64,000 nucleotides of DNA, taken from positions 364 through 64,363 of the forward strand of contig JAGXSC010000007.1 in assembly GCA_018334075.1 (NCBI GenBank). The letters are read 5' to 3'. Position numbers and translations under genes: made by a program. The first letter of the stretch is position 1. The number at the start of each line of letters is the position of its first letter. Below, in pieces: positions 47,095 through 56,601 of the stretch. The DNA is from Actinomycetota bacterium (GTDB lineage: Bacteria; Actinomycetota; Coriobacteriia; Anaerosomatales; UBA912). The notes below the pieces were generated by a model. That model was not told the DNA's origin. It saw only the letters and a program-made list of their open reading frames with translations, and did no database searches.

Positions 47095-48966
47095 CTACAA
47101 AACCCCGATCACCCTGGCCACAAGGCCACCTACAAGAAACGCGATTCCCACGGAGCCCACGAACAAACCTGCCATATATGCGACTCCCCGCTCCTTGAGA
47201 ATCACCATCGCGCTGGCGATGCATGGAACAAACAAGGTAATGGTGATCATCGATACGAGAAGTTGGGCCGGTGACAGCTCCATCATGAAGAACCCCGCGG
47301 CACCAAAGTCGCGACGCACAAATCCCATGACGAAGGCGGTCGCCGCTTCCGCCGGCAGCCCGAGCCATCCGACCGTCAACGGAGTTGCGGCCTGCTTGAT
47401 CCAGGTAAGGGCGTTAGTGACATAAAGTACCGATATTGCCAGCGCGCCGATCACAAAAAAGAGCGTAACCTCTTTCATGAAGTGCCAAACTTTTGTGACC
47501 GTCTTGCGCAGTACGTTGTCAATCCGGGGCAGCCTGAGCGAGGGAATATCGATAAGAAGGTCAGTAGTCACCCCCGGAGTCAATCGGGCAAGGATGGTTC
47601 CTACCCCCACAAAGATCGCAAGCAGCACCGCGAAGTAGGCTGCCGCGTAAACCGGCCCGGTTCCGGCCATCAACGCTGCGATCACCGCAATCTGCGCAGA
47701 GCACGGTATGGCAATCGCCATGAGGGCGGTAGCTATGAACCGCTCCCGCTTGGATCCTAGTATGCGTGTAGTCAAAGTCCCCATCGTCACGCACCCAAAG
47801 CCGAGAATGATGGGGATGACCGCGCGCCCATTGAGGCCAAGACTTGAAAGTGATCTGTCGGCCAAGGCCGCTATCCTCGGCAGGTAACCAGAGTCCTCCA
47901 GAAGTCCAAGAAGCAGGTAGAAACCTGTGACAAGCGGAAAAATCACCCCTATGAGATACGTTGGGGTCATGGTGAGAACGCCGAATTCGCCGGCCAGAAT
48001 CGTATAGGCTACGGATCCCTCGGCGAATACAGAGCCTGTGGCTCCTCGCACAAGCGGCTCAAAGTGAGCGATCATCAGCTCCTCTTCGAGCACACCGACG
48101 ATTCCACCTGCCACCCATTCGCCGAGGACTTTATACATGCCCCACAGCAGCAGCAGCAATATCGGTATGCCTGTCGCGGGGTGCATCATCGCACGCGAAA
48201 GGTAGGCGGCGACCGATCGTTTTTCGCCCGTTTCCGTTCTCACGTGTCCGACGATATCGTTGACGCGCTGACGCCTGCGCAAGTAGAAATCATCACGGCG
48301 ATCGGAAGGATCCACACCATGCCGAGCAGCGACAGCCTCATCGCCCTCAAGCACGAGGAGCGCCTCGGCCTGTGACCCAACGCGCGAAATCATAAGCACG
48401 GCATGCTCCTCAATGTGAGGATCGGCATGGCCGATTCGCGCCTGCCCAACAGCGGCTTTCAACTCCTCTATCCCCTTGCCCTCGACGGCCACCGTTTCTA
48501 TTACCGGCACGCCGAGAAGGTCTTCCAGCAAGTCCCTGTCGAGCACGACGCCTCGCGAACGAGCCTCGTCCGTCATGTTGAGGGCGACGACCATGCGCTT
48601 GCCCATATCTATAAGGTGCAGCGTCAGGAAGAGATCCCGCTCCGGATGGACGGCGTCAACGACGTTGATGACGATATCCGCGTCCATGATGATGTCTCGC
48701 GCCACGCGTTCTTCGTCGTTGAAACTGGATACCCCGTACACTCCCGGCGTGTCGATGAGATCCCGCTCTCCAAAGACTCCACGAGTGAGCTCGACGGTCG
48801 TGCCGGGATAATTCGAAACATCGACATACGTGCCGGTTAAGGCATTAAAAACCACCGACTTGCCAACATTTGGATTACCGGCCAATACAACGGTTTCTAC
48901 CCCTTCGCGAACAACGGGAGAGTTATGAGGATGCCCGTGAGTCAACTTTGATCTCCCTCCCGCCAT
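47095..48966 (-). CDS. feoB: Ferrous iron transporter FeoB
   Basis: N-terminal G-domain (GNPNVGKS, DTPG, NMTD), then the polytopic gate/core domain. Confidence 0.95.
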   Translation of the reverse strand: MAGGRSKLTHGHPHNSPVVREGVETVVLAGNPNVGKSVVFNALTGTYVDVSNYPGTTVELTRGVFGERDLIDTPGVYGVSSFNDEERVARDIIMDADIVINVVDAVHPERDLFLTLHLIDMGKRMVVALNMTDEARSRGVVLDRDLLEDLLGVPVIETVAVEGKGIEELKAAVGQARIGHADPHIEEHAVLMISRVGSQAEALLVLEGDEAVAARHGVDPSDRRDDFYLRRRQRVNDIVGHVRTETGEKRSVAAYLSRAMMHPATGIPILLLLLWGMYKVLGEWVAGGIVGVLEEELMIAHFEPLVRGATGSVFAEGSVAYTILAGEFGVLTMTPTYLIGVIFPLVTGFYLLLGLLEDSGYLPRIAALADRSLSSLGLNGRAVIPIILGFGCVTMGTLTTRILGSKRERFIATALMAIAIPCSAQIAVIAALMAGTGPVYAAAYFAVLLAIFVGVGTILARLTPGVTTDLLIDIPSLRLPRIDNVLRKTVTKVWHFMKEVTLFFVIGALAISVLYVTNALTWIKQAATPLTVGWLGLPAEAATAFVMGFVRRDFGAAGFFMMELSPAQLLVSMITITLFVPCIASAMVILKERGVAYMAGLFVGSVGIAFLVGGLVARVIGVL

Positions 48967-49246
48967 TTATCGGGTGCTTCCTGATGCTGATTTTTTTTGC
49001 AAGAGCACGCCCGAGTGCAATCTCTTGAAGTCCATGCCTCAAAACGATTGGGCCGGCAGGAATCCTGGTGACACAACTTACCATCGCACCTCCGCAAATG
49101 CCCAGGCGCATAGTCTGAGTCCTGACGTCACGGTCATTAACCTCAACCACCTCCGCCAGCTCCCCTGAGCAAAGTTGATCCAGGGTAACTACGGTAGAGC
49201 TGCCTTGTCCGTCAGGCGCTTCGTTCCCGGTGCTGTTCTTGGCCAT
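48923..49246 (-). CDS. feoA: FeoA-domain protein
   Basis: SH3-like FeoA pattern (LDQLCSGELAEVVEV...RLGICGGAMV). GGAGGGG lies 7 nt before the ATG at 49246 (track ORF starts at 49267). Confidence 0.85.
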   Translation of the reverse strand: MAKNSTGNEAPDGQGSSTVVTLDQLCSGELAEVVEVNDRDVRTQTMRLGICGGAMVSCVTRIPAGPIVLRHGLQEIALGRALAKKISIRKHPINGGREIKVDSRASS

Positions 49247-49267
49247 CGAGTGTCCCCTCCAGAACAT

Positions 49268-49285
49268 AATTAGTACCTACTAATT
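49268..49285. promoter_or_regulatory. Perfect 8-2-8 palindrome AATTAGTA-cc-TACTAATT, a candidate metalloregulator operator at the feoAB promoter
   Basis: Lies 22-39 nt upstream of the feoA ATG inside an AT-rich promoter-like stretch (TTGTAG ... TAATTA on the minus strand). Confidence 0.45.
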
Positions 49286-49403
49286 TCACTACAATGGGTA
49301 TACTACTCCTCTATAATTTACTGTGTCAAGGGGCTATCTTTTCTCCTCTCGGCTCACCGCTTGTCCTGAAGCGTATTGACCAAATGTTTCAAGACGCCGA
49401 TAT

Positions 49404-50951
49404 TTGCATAAGCCCTCCTTCAAAGGAGTCGCCCTGAAAAAACGAATGGACATGCGCTCGATTTACTACAGGCTCCTGCCGAAGTCTTTGGCCTCACGGC
49501 TGACGTTATCTGTTCTGGTTACCGTCTTGGCCATACTCGTCATCACCGTCGGTGCCTATCGCGTTGCCGCCTTACTACACCTCACGCCCTCACTCAAACT
49601 ACTTGGATACGGCCCCCTTCTCGCGGGAACATCCGAGTTGGCATTTTTGTTCACCCTGTTTGTCACGGTATCGCTCAGCACCATAGCGGGACTGTTCATC
49701 GCAAAGGAGATCGGCCGATCGATAGCGGCTGTTTCCGGAAAAATGCGGGAACAGGCCGCCTCGGCCTCATCTGGCATTTCTTTTACTCCGCTACCGGCTT
49801 CCGAGCACCTTCCATTTGAGCTTCGCGAGATCGTCGGGGCTTTCAATCTTATGATGTCCTCCATCGAATCACGCGACAGGAGACTCAACGACGCGCTTCT
49901 TCAAGCAACTGAGGCCAAGGCAGCGCTAGAGAAGGCCTTCGCCCACTCCCTGGATGGCACTATCTTGCTGCACGAAGGCCGCATCCGGCTCGTAAACCCA
50001 AGCGCGATAGCCCACTTTGCGCTATCGACAAAGGACTTGCTGGGCAGCAACTTGCGAGACGCCCTGACCCACGCCTCCTTTACTAACGAACACCAACAGC
50101 CCATTTCGCTTGACGACATGTTTTCAGGGGCAACAAAAACCGAGTCGCTCATCGGCGTCTCCACACCCGAAAGATCAATTCGTTGGCTCAAGGTAACTGC
50201 TCTTGAGGGCGAACCAGGAGGTGACCTCTTTTTCCTTGGCTCGCATGACGTAACCGAGTCTCACCGCCTTGCCAGCCTGCGCTCGAAGACAATATCCATC
50301 GTCTCGCACGATATGAAAGCTCCGCTTACAACTATCGCTGGATATCTTGATATCTTGTCCAAGGAGTGCACATCTTCTAACTCGATTAAGGCGATCGAAT
50401 CTTCAAAGAACTCGATATCGGTCATGACGCGCCTTGCCGAGGACATTCTGTCAACCACCCTCGTAAAAGACACGCTCGCTCCTGCCGAGATGCTTCCGGT
50501 TGATCTATCGCTTCTTCTAAAAGATGTCTGCCTTTCACTGAACCACCCCCCTTCTCACGCGATTACATGCGAGGCTCCTCCTGGCGCCGTGGTCCTGGGA
50601 GATAGCCTCCGGCTACGCCAGGCGATTACAAACCTGATCATCAACGCCAAGAAATATTCGCCAGAGGGAAGTCTGGTAACAGCGACGGCCACGTGTGCTG
50701 ATGGAATGCTGCACGTTGATGTAGAGGACGAGGGGCCTGGCGTGCCCGAAGAGGACCGCGACGTCATCTTCCAAAGATTTATACGACTGGTCGATGGGGA
50801 TACGGCAGGGCAAGGCATAGGGCTCGGTCTTTATATCGCTCGCACAATAATAGAAGCCCATGGCGGAACGCTCATTGCAAGCGCAGGATCCCGCGCCGGA
50901 GGATCGCTCTTCCGCATTTCGTTACCGGAAGTACTGGGCTGCCAGGATTAA
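49404..50951 (+). CDS. Sensor histidine kinase (TM - linker - PAS-like - HisKA - HATPase). No cognate response regulator is adjacent.
   Basis: H-box SHDMKAPL, N-box LIINAKKYS, G1 DEGPGV, G2 GIGLGL. Two N-terminal TM. The exact start is uncertain (TTG at 49404 or ATG at 49446). Confidence 0.85.
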   Translation: MHKPSFKGVALKKRMDMRSIYYRLLPKSLASRLTLSVLVTVLAILVITVGAYRVAALLHLTPSLKLLGYGPLLAGTSELAFLFTLFVTVSLSTIAGLFIAKEIGRSIAAVSGKMREQAASASSGISFTPLPASEHLPFELREIVGAFNLMMSSIESRDRRLNDALLQATEAKAALEKAFAHSLDGTILLHEGRIRLVNPSAIAHFALSTKDLLGSNLRDALTHASFTNEHQQPISLDDMFSGATKTESLIGVSTPERSIRWLKVTALEGEPGGDLFFLGSHDVTESHRLASLRSKTISIVSHDMKAPLTTIAGYLDILSKECTSSNSIKAIESSKNSISVMTRLAEDILSTTLVKDTLAPAEMLPVDLSLLLKDVCLSLNHPPSHAITCEAPPGAVVLGDSLRLRQAITNLIINAKKYSPEGSLVTATATCADGMLHVDVEDEGPGVPEEDRDVIFQRFIRLVDGDTAGQGIGLGLYIARTIIEAHGGTLIASAGSRAGGSLFRISLPEVLGCQD

Positions 50952-50974
50952 ACTTTCTCAACTTCGGGCGCGGG

Positions 50975-51904
50975 CTAGTCTTCCTTGCCCTCAAGCGCGA
51001 GCTCAATCAAGTTTGCGCACAGTTGCGGAAATTCGATCCCCGCGGCACGAGCTGCGTCTGGGTAAAGACTCGTGGAGGTCATTCCGGGGATCGTGTTGGT
51101 CTCAAGTACAAATACCTGTCCTTCAGTCGTAACGATCATGTCTGCCCTGGACATTCCCTTGCAGCCAAACAGCCGATGAACCTCGATGGCCAACCTCTGA
51201 CACTCGGCATCTGCCTCGCTGCTGATCCTGGCAGGAACAATATGTCGACTTAGTCCGGGGACGTACTTGGACTCATAATCAAAAAATTCATGTTCGGACA
51301 CTATCTCAAGCGTAGGCAAGGCTTTTGGCTCGTCGTTTCCGAGCACCCCCACTGTCACTTCCGTACCGGACACAAATCCCTCAACGAGAACACGGTCGTC
51401 AAAAAGAAAGGCCCGCTCAACAGCTGCAGAGAGTTCGTCCGGCTCGTGCGAGATGGTTATCCCAATGGCCGAGCCCTCGTTAGCCGGCTTTACCACAGTC
51501 TTTACGCCCAAGGCTTCGGATATGGCAACGACATCAACTGGCTCGTCTCGCCGCAGGGCCAAAAAATCAGCCGTCGGGATGTTTGCTTGCTTCAGTAGCT
51601 GCTTGGAAATCACCTTGTCCATAGCCAGCGCACTGGCAAGGACACCAGATCCCACATACGGCACCCCAAGCAACTCCAGAAGTCCTTGGACTGTGCCGTC
51701 CTCGCCAAATCTACCGTGCAAGCAAATGAAAACGACATCAGGAGCTTCCGAGAGAATCTGGTCGATGAAATCTCGATCCGCCGCATCTATCTCGGCAACC
51801 CGAAATCCCGCAGCAGCCAGGCCCGCAGCAACCTGGGCGCCAGTATTTAGCGACACCTCTCTTTCGGCGGAAAGACCGCCCTTTAGCACCGCTACTTTCG
51901 GCAT
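50975..51904 (-). CDS. ddl: D-alanine--D-alanine ligase
   Basis: VLKGGLSAEREVSL, HGRFGEDGTVQGLLE, and an ATP-grasp C-terminal E.NT.PG motif. Confidence 0.95.
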   Translation of the reverse strand: MPKVAVLKGGLSAEREVSLNTGAQVAAGLAAAGFRVAEIDAADRDFIDQILSEAPDVVFICLHGRFGEDGTVQGLLELLGVPYVGSGVLASALAMDKVISKQLLKQANIPTADFLALRRDEPVDVVAISEALGVKTVVKPANEGSAIGITISHEPDELSAAVERAFLFDDRVLVEGFVSGTEVTVGVLGNDEPKALPTLEIVSEHEFFDYESKYVPGLSRHIVPARISSEADAECQRLAIEVHRLFGCKGMSRADMIVTTEGQVFVLETNTIPGMTSTSLYPDAARAAGIEFPQLCANLIELALEGKED

Positions 51905-51958
51905 GTCTCTGCTCTCTGGTGGTTCACAGCCTTCATCTCGACCCCTTATCGGAACTCC

Positions 51959-52420
51959 CTACGCCAAACTCAACTTCCAGATGTCTATCAATAGCAAAGC
52001 GGCAAACCAGATAGCCGTGCCAACAGCGGTAATCGTGGCAGACTTCAGCAGCGACAAGAAAAATGAGCTGCGTCTGCTCTCTGAAGAGCTTTTGCGTGAT
52101 AGCACCCAGGCCAGCAGTGTGGCCACCGGTGTAATCGCCACAAGAGCCAGCCCCGAGGCAATAATGACAGGGTATTGCTCATCGTGTATCGAGGGAACCC
52201 CCGGATTCCTGGTTAGCACCCATGTTGTCACGCCAACAAAGATCAGCCAAAAAAGTAATTGGATAAGGAAGACCCATGACGAAACGCTTTCCCTCTGGCC
52301 GCTGCCCTGAGGCTGCGTCTCTGGTGATAGCTGTTCGTTGCCTTGAGGCTGCGCTTCCGGCGGTGCCTGAGCACTGCCCTGAGGCTGCGTCTCTGGTGAT
52401 AGCTGTTCGTTGCTGCTCAT
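51959..52420 (-). CDS. Small membrane protein with a Q/P-rich repetitive N-terminus
   Basis: MSSNEQLSPETQPQGS... repeats followed by 4 TM. The start is placed at 52420 (track ORF starts at 52522), leaving a divergent promoter region with htrA. Confidence 0.5.
   Translation of the reverse strand: MSSNEQLSPETQPQGSAQAPPEAQPQGNEQLSPETQPQGSGQRESVSSWVFLIQLLFWLIFVGVTTWVLTRNPGVPSIHDEQYPVIIASGLALVAITPVATLLAWVLSRKSSSESRRSSFFLSLLKSATITAVGTAIWFAALLLIDIWKLSLA
52302..52413. repeat. 40-bp perfect direct repeat, 72 bp apart, inside the Q/P-rich coding region
   Basis: ctgccctgaggctgcgtctctggtgatagctgttcgttgc occurs at 52302-52341 and 52374-52413. The 72-bp period keeps the frame (NEQLSPETQPQGS twice). Confidence 0.9.
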
Positions 52421-52542
52421 TGCGCTCCTGTTGTGCAAGCTGGATCCGTTGATAGATTTTGTCAAGTTCACACCACTAACACAATTAGCCTTTATGATGG
52501 GTAAAGTCATTATAAACAGCACGCTACCGCTGAGGTGACCAA

Positions 52543-53763
52543 ATGCAAGATAATTCCAACGCTGGAGTTGACGTTCCGCCCCTTAGCCCGGATATTTTGA
52601 GCCAAGAACCAAAGCCGCCCGGCAGCCCTAAGTCTGTCAAAACCATTGTTCTCATATCCTTGGCCGTTGGCCTTCTCGCCGGCAGCATAACCGGAGTCGC
52701 AACCGGAGCAGCTAGTGCTTGGTCCTATTTGCAATACGCAGAGGACAGGGCCGCCGAGAAGCCAATTGAGCCCCTATCAACTCCTACTGAGCCTGTGGTT
52801 CAGGCTGCAGCCAAAGCCGTCAACAGCGTAGTGAACATTGATGTCTCCGGCTCGGCAGAGGGTTCTGCAGAAAATCTGCCCGAAGGGCACCCTCTTACTC
52901 CACGAAGAGGCACCGGCTCCGGAGTAGCTTTCAGGAGCGGCTCCGAAGGTGGCACTCTAATACTGACAAACGCACATGTAATCGGTGAGGCTGATCGGAT
53001 CGTTGTCACCGATATAGAACGCAAGCGCCATGAGGGAGAGCTCATTGGCGCCGATCCGGAAACCGACATTGCGGTGATATGGATTCCGGCGGACCTGTCG
53101 CCCATCGAAATTGCCGGCCCGGAGGCTCTGGACGTGGGACAGCTTGTTGTCGCAATCGGCTCTCCTTTCGGCCTGACTCACTCGGTTAGCTCTGGTGTGA
53201 TTTCCGCAATCGGCCGCTCCATCATCGAGCCGGTTTCAGGAAGCCCGAGTACGTATCCCCTGGTCGATGTGATCCAAACCGATGCTGCAATCAATCCTGG
53301 AAACTCGGGGGGGGCGCTTGTTGATCGGCGCGGACGCCTCATCGGGATCAACACTGCGATATTCACCGAGTCCGGAGCAAACGATGGTATCGGCTTTGCC
53401 ATTCCCGTTTCTAATGCGATTCGCATAGCCGATCAACTCATCGAAACCGGCACGGTGCAACACCCCTTCCTCGGCATCGTTGGCCAAAGTGTGGATGAAG
53501 ATTTAGCGGCTGCCGAAGATCTCCCCGCAAAAGAGGGCGCCCTGATAGTGGAAGTGACAGAGGGTAGCTCTGCCGAAAAGGCCGGCCTTAGGCCAGACGA
53601 CTTGGTCGTAAGCCTAAACGACGACCCCGTTCTGTCCATGGACGATCTTATACTGCTAGTTCGGCGTCATAGCGTTGGAGATGAGGTTACCCTTGGGCTT
53701 TACAGAAATGGGCGGATGATCGAGGTGCCCATGGAAGTGGGCATTAAGCCAGCAGACCTGTAA
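52543..53763 (+). CDS. htrA: HtrA/DegP-family serine protease with a PDZ domain
   Basis: N-terminal TM, trypsin-like triad context (TNAHV, D, GNSGGAL), and a C-terminal PDZ domain (GLRPDDLVVSLND). Confidence 0.9.
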   Translation: MQDNSNAGVDVPPLSPDILSQEPKPPGSPKSVKTIVLISLAVGLLAGSITGVATGAASAWSYLQYAEDRAAEKPIEPLSTPTEPVVQAAAKAVNSVVNIDVSGSAEGSAENLPEGHPLTPRRGTGSGVAFRSGSEGGTLILTNAHVIGEADRIVVTDIERKRHEGELIGADPETDIAVIWIPADLSPIEIAGPEALDVGQLVVAIGSPFGLTHSVSSGVISAIGRSIIEPVSGSPSTYPLVDVIQTDAAINPGNSGGALVDRRGRLIGINTAIFTESGANDGIGFAIPVSNAIRIADQLIETGTVQHPFLGIVGQSVDEDLAAAEDLPAKEGALIVEVTEGSSAEKAGLRPDDLVVSLNDDPVLSMDDLILLVRRHSVGDEVTLGLYRNGRMIEVPMEVGIKPADL

Positions 53764-53822
53764 TTTGGTTACTTTGTCCATCTTGAGCATTGCCTCAAGA
53801 TCCTGCGAAGGGAGAGTTGATT

Positions 53823-54332
53823 ATGGTTGAAACCACACGATGTAAAGGCTGCGGATACTTTCATGTCGGCCCTGTTCCCGATGCGTGCCCTGTTTGTGGA
53901 GCACCTGCTTCTTTGTTTGCCGAATACAGCGGACCAGGCGATCTTACGGGAACCAAAACGCTCGCGAATCTCGAAGCGGCATTTGCCGGTGAGTCTCAAG
54001 CGAACAGGATGTACTCCCTCTTCCATAGGATTGCTGAACTCGAAGAGGCTCCCGCCTCTGCTCTTGATGCCTTCGCAAGGGCCATGAGAGAAGAGACAGC
54101 CCACGCCCTTGGACACCTGGCCTACATGGGTAAGTTTGGTAGCACTCGGGATAACCTGAAAACCGCTGCTGCTGGCGAGGATTATGAGTGCCAAGACATG
54201 TACCCTGGGTTTGCCGAGATCGCCGAGGCCGAAGGCTTCCCTGATATTGCCTTTTACTTCCGCTCAGTAGGCCGCTACGAAAAAGAGCACCGCGATGAGT
54301 ACAAAAATGCTCTGGAGGAGCTAGGCGCATAG
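53823..54332 (+). CDS. Reverse rubrerythrin (N-terminal rubredoxin-like CxxC/CxxC, C-terminal ferritin-like di-iron domain)
   Basis: CKGCGY...CPVCG, then E..A..H di-iron helices (ESQANRMY, EETAHALGH, GEDYE, YEKEH). GGGAGAG lies before the ATG at 53823. Confidence 0.85.
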   Translation: MVETTRCKGCGYFHVGPVPDACPVCGAPASLFAEYSGPGDLTGTKTLANLEAAFAGESQANRMYSLFHRIAELEEAPASALDAFARAMREETAHALGHLAYMGKFGSTRDNLKTAAAGEDYECQDMYPGFAEIAEAEGFPDIAFYFRSVGRYEKEHRDEYKNALEELGA

Positions 54333-55403
54333 ATGACTCCGAGTGCGGAAGAAAGTGGAATCAAGGCGCTTGACCTTGATGGGCTCAAGCGCCTTGTTCG
54401 TGCCGCGAAGCACGAAGATTATCGATCGCAGCAGCTGACCGAGTGGCTCTACCAACATGCGGTCAGCTCCTATGATGAAATGGGCAATCTGCCAAAGTCC
54501 CTTCGCGAGTTTCTGAAAGCGCACGCCCCTTTGAGCGCCCCGAAGCTCATTTCCCGCCAAATTTCCTCGGCAGACGGTACGAGAAAGTACCTCTTTGCCC
54601 TGGGAGCTGGTGCTTTTGTTGAAAGCGTTGGCCTGCCGAGCAAAGACCGGCTGACTGTCTGCTTCTCCACTCAGATTGGCTGCCGTTTGGGCTGCACTTT
54701 TTGTGCGACTGGCCTGCACGGCTTTGTCCGCGATCTTCTGCCCGGAGAGATGGTGGATCAGGTAAATCTCGTCGCTCGCGACTTCAGGTCGAGAGCGACA
54801 AACGCCGTGGCGATGGGCCAAGGCGAGCCTTTCGCCAACTATGCTCACACTATGGCCGCTCTTCGCATTCTGAACAGCCCTGCCGGCCCTGGCATCGGCG
54901 CAAGACACATTACGGTCTCAACGTGCGGGCTACTTGAGGGAATACGTAAGTTTGCCAAAGAGCCTGAGCAGTTTACGCTAGCCGTGTCGCTGCACTCTGC
55001 GGTTCAAAGCACAAGGAACCGGCTGATGCCTGGAGTCAGAAATCAGCCCCTCCTCGCACTTCGCTCTGAACTAACAAACTATATAGCGGTATCCGGAAGG
55101 CGCCCCACTCTTGAGTTTGCGCTCCTTCAAGGAGTCAACGATACTACTTATGAACTTGAGTCCCTGATAGACTTCTCTACCGAACTGGCGTGTCACATAA
55201 ACCTCATTCCGGCCAATCCGGTACCTGGCGGCCCCTATCGTCCGAGTCCAGGCAATAGAGTTTCTGCTATCGAAAGTGCCCTCAAAAAAGCCGGCATCCA
55301 AGTATCCGTGCGCACTGAAAGGGGTGCTGATATCGATGCAGCTTGCGGCCAGCTAAAAGGGCAACACGAAACTCGACCTCACCACCGAAGGCTTCCCGAG
55401 TAG
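54333..55403 (+). CDS. rlmN: 23S rRNA/tRNA adenine-C2 methyltransferase RlmN (radical SAM)
   Basis: CRLGCTFCATG triad, MGQGEP, and a C-terminal catalytic Cys (DIDAACGQL). Confidence 0.9.
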   Translation: MTPSAEESGIKALDLDGLKRLVRAAKHEDYRSQQLTEWLYQHAVSSYDEMGNLPKSLREFLKAHAPLSAPKLISRQISSADGTRKYLFALGAGAFVESVGLPSKDRLTVCFSTQIGCRLGCTFCATGLHGFVRDLLPGEMVDQVNLVARDFRSRATNAVAMGQGEPFANYAHTMAALRILNSPAGPGIGARHITVSTCGLLEGIRKFAKEPEQFTLAVSLHSAVQSTRNRLMPGVRNQPLLALRSELTNYIAVSGRRPTLEFALLQGVNDTTYELESLIDFSTELACHINLIPANPVPGGPYRPSPGNRVSAIESALKKAGIQVSVRTERGADIDAACGQLKGQHETRPHHRRLPE

Positions 55404-55437
55404 TTTGATAGCGCCGTGGGCATTCCGTTTAGGCAGG

Positions 55438-55728
55438 CTAGCGCTCAACCTGGAAGCGACTCAGGCCTTCGCGCAGTTCACGAATCTTCTCCCAGGCAAC
55501 TTCTTCCTCCCTGCCTAGAAAATGCTCCATCCGCCTGCCCACCACTTCAGCGATATTTTCTGCCTGGGCAGCTAAGATGCGCGCCCTCTCAATAGTGTAG
55601 GCCGCCTCATCGGCAATTTTCTTTCTGGCAATTGCGCCACTGACTGGCGCCAAAAGCAGTCCTGCAACAAAGCCGACTACCAAACCTGTAGCGGCTCCCG
55701 CAATAAAAAAATCGCTTCTTCGAGACAT
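55438..55728 (-). CDS. YtxH-domain small membrane-associated protein
   Basis: GAATGLVVGFVAGLLLAPVSG N-terminal motif followed by an amphipathic helix. Confidence 0.65.
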   Translation of the reverse strand: MSRRSDFFIAGAATGLVVGFVAGLLLAPVSGAIARKKIADEAAYTIERARILAAQAENIAEVVGRRMEHFLGREEEVAWEKIRELREGLSRFQVER

Positions 55729-56601
55729 CTAAGCCTCCCTTTGCGTATGTCCCTCTAGGTCGCTGTTGATAATGTGAAATATGCGCTCGAGATCTTCCTC
55801 CCCGTGAAACTCTATTTCAAGCCTACTACGACCCGAACTCTGCTTTATACGAACACCTGTTCCCAGAACTCTTCTCAGTCTTCGCGCTACAACCTTGTAA
55901 AGTTTTGGCATGACGGGCCTGGTGGACTTCTCCCCCCTCCCCGCAGCATAAAGCCTTGCGAGGTTCTCTGTCTCTCTAACCGAAAGCCCCTCGGCTAACA
56001 CCTTTTCCGCCAATCTGATTCTAAGTTGCTCGTCAGGAATGGACAGTATTGCCCGGGCGTGTCCTGCCGACACCTTGCCTGCATATACCAGCTCTTGAAC
56101 CTCTTCGGGTAAGTCGAGCAGCCTTAGAGCATTTGTGACAGCCGATCGCGACTTGCTAACTTTATTTGCTAGCTCCGCCTGGGTCATTTGATGCTCTGTC
56201 AGCAGCCTTCGGTAGCCCCTGGCCTCCTCGATCGCATTTAGATCTTCCCTCTGCAAGTTCTCAATAAGCGCAATTTCAAGAGATTCGCCATCACTGACGC
56301 CAAGGACTCGAACCGGAACTTTTTCCAATTCAGCCGCACGAGCCGCACGCCAGCGCCTTTCACCGGCGACTATCTGATAGCCCTCACCGAACGGGCGAAC
56401 GATTATGGGCTGCAGCACACCGACCTTTTTGATCGAATCTGTAAGCTCAAGAAGGCTTTCCTCGTCGATTTCAGTGCGAGGTTGATCCGGATTTCTATAA
56501 ATCTGAGAGATCGGCACTAGATGCTCTTCCTGTGAAGGTTCTTGAGCGATGCTGGGAATTATTGCCGAAAGACCGCGGCCCAATCCTCGCCTATTCGACA
56601 C
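55729..56601 (-). CDS. parB: Chromosome partitioning protein ParB/Spo0J
   Basis: GLGRGL, the IVRP...Y.IVAGERRWRAA ParB box, and an HTH (TQAELANKVSKSRSAVTN). Confidence 0.9.
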   Translation of the reverse strand: MSNRRGLGRGLSAIIPSIAQEPSQEEHLVPISQIYRNPDQPRTEIDEESLLELTDSIKKVGVLQPIIVRPFGEGYQIVAGERRWRAARAAELEKVPVRVLGVSDGESLEIALIENLQREDLNAIEEARGYRRLLTEHQMTQAELANKVSKSRSAVTNALRLLDLPEEVQELVYAGKVSAGHARAILSIPDEQLRIRLAEKVLAEGLSVRETENLARLYAAGRGEKSTRPVMPKLYKVVARRLRRVLGTGVRIKQSSGRSRLEIEFHGEEDLERIFHIINSDLEGHTQREA

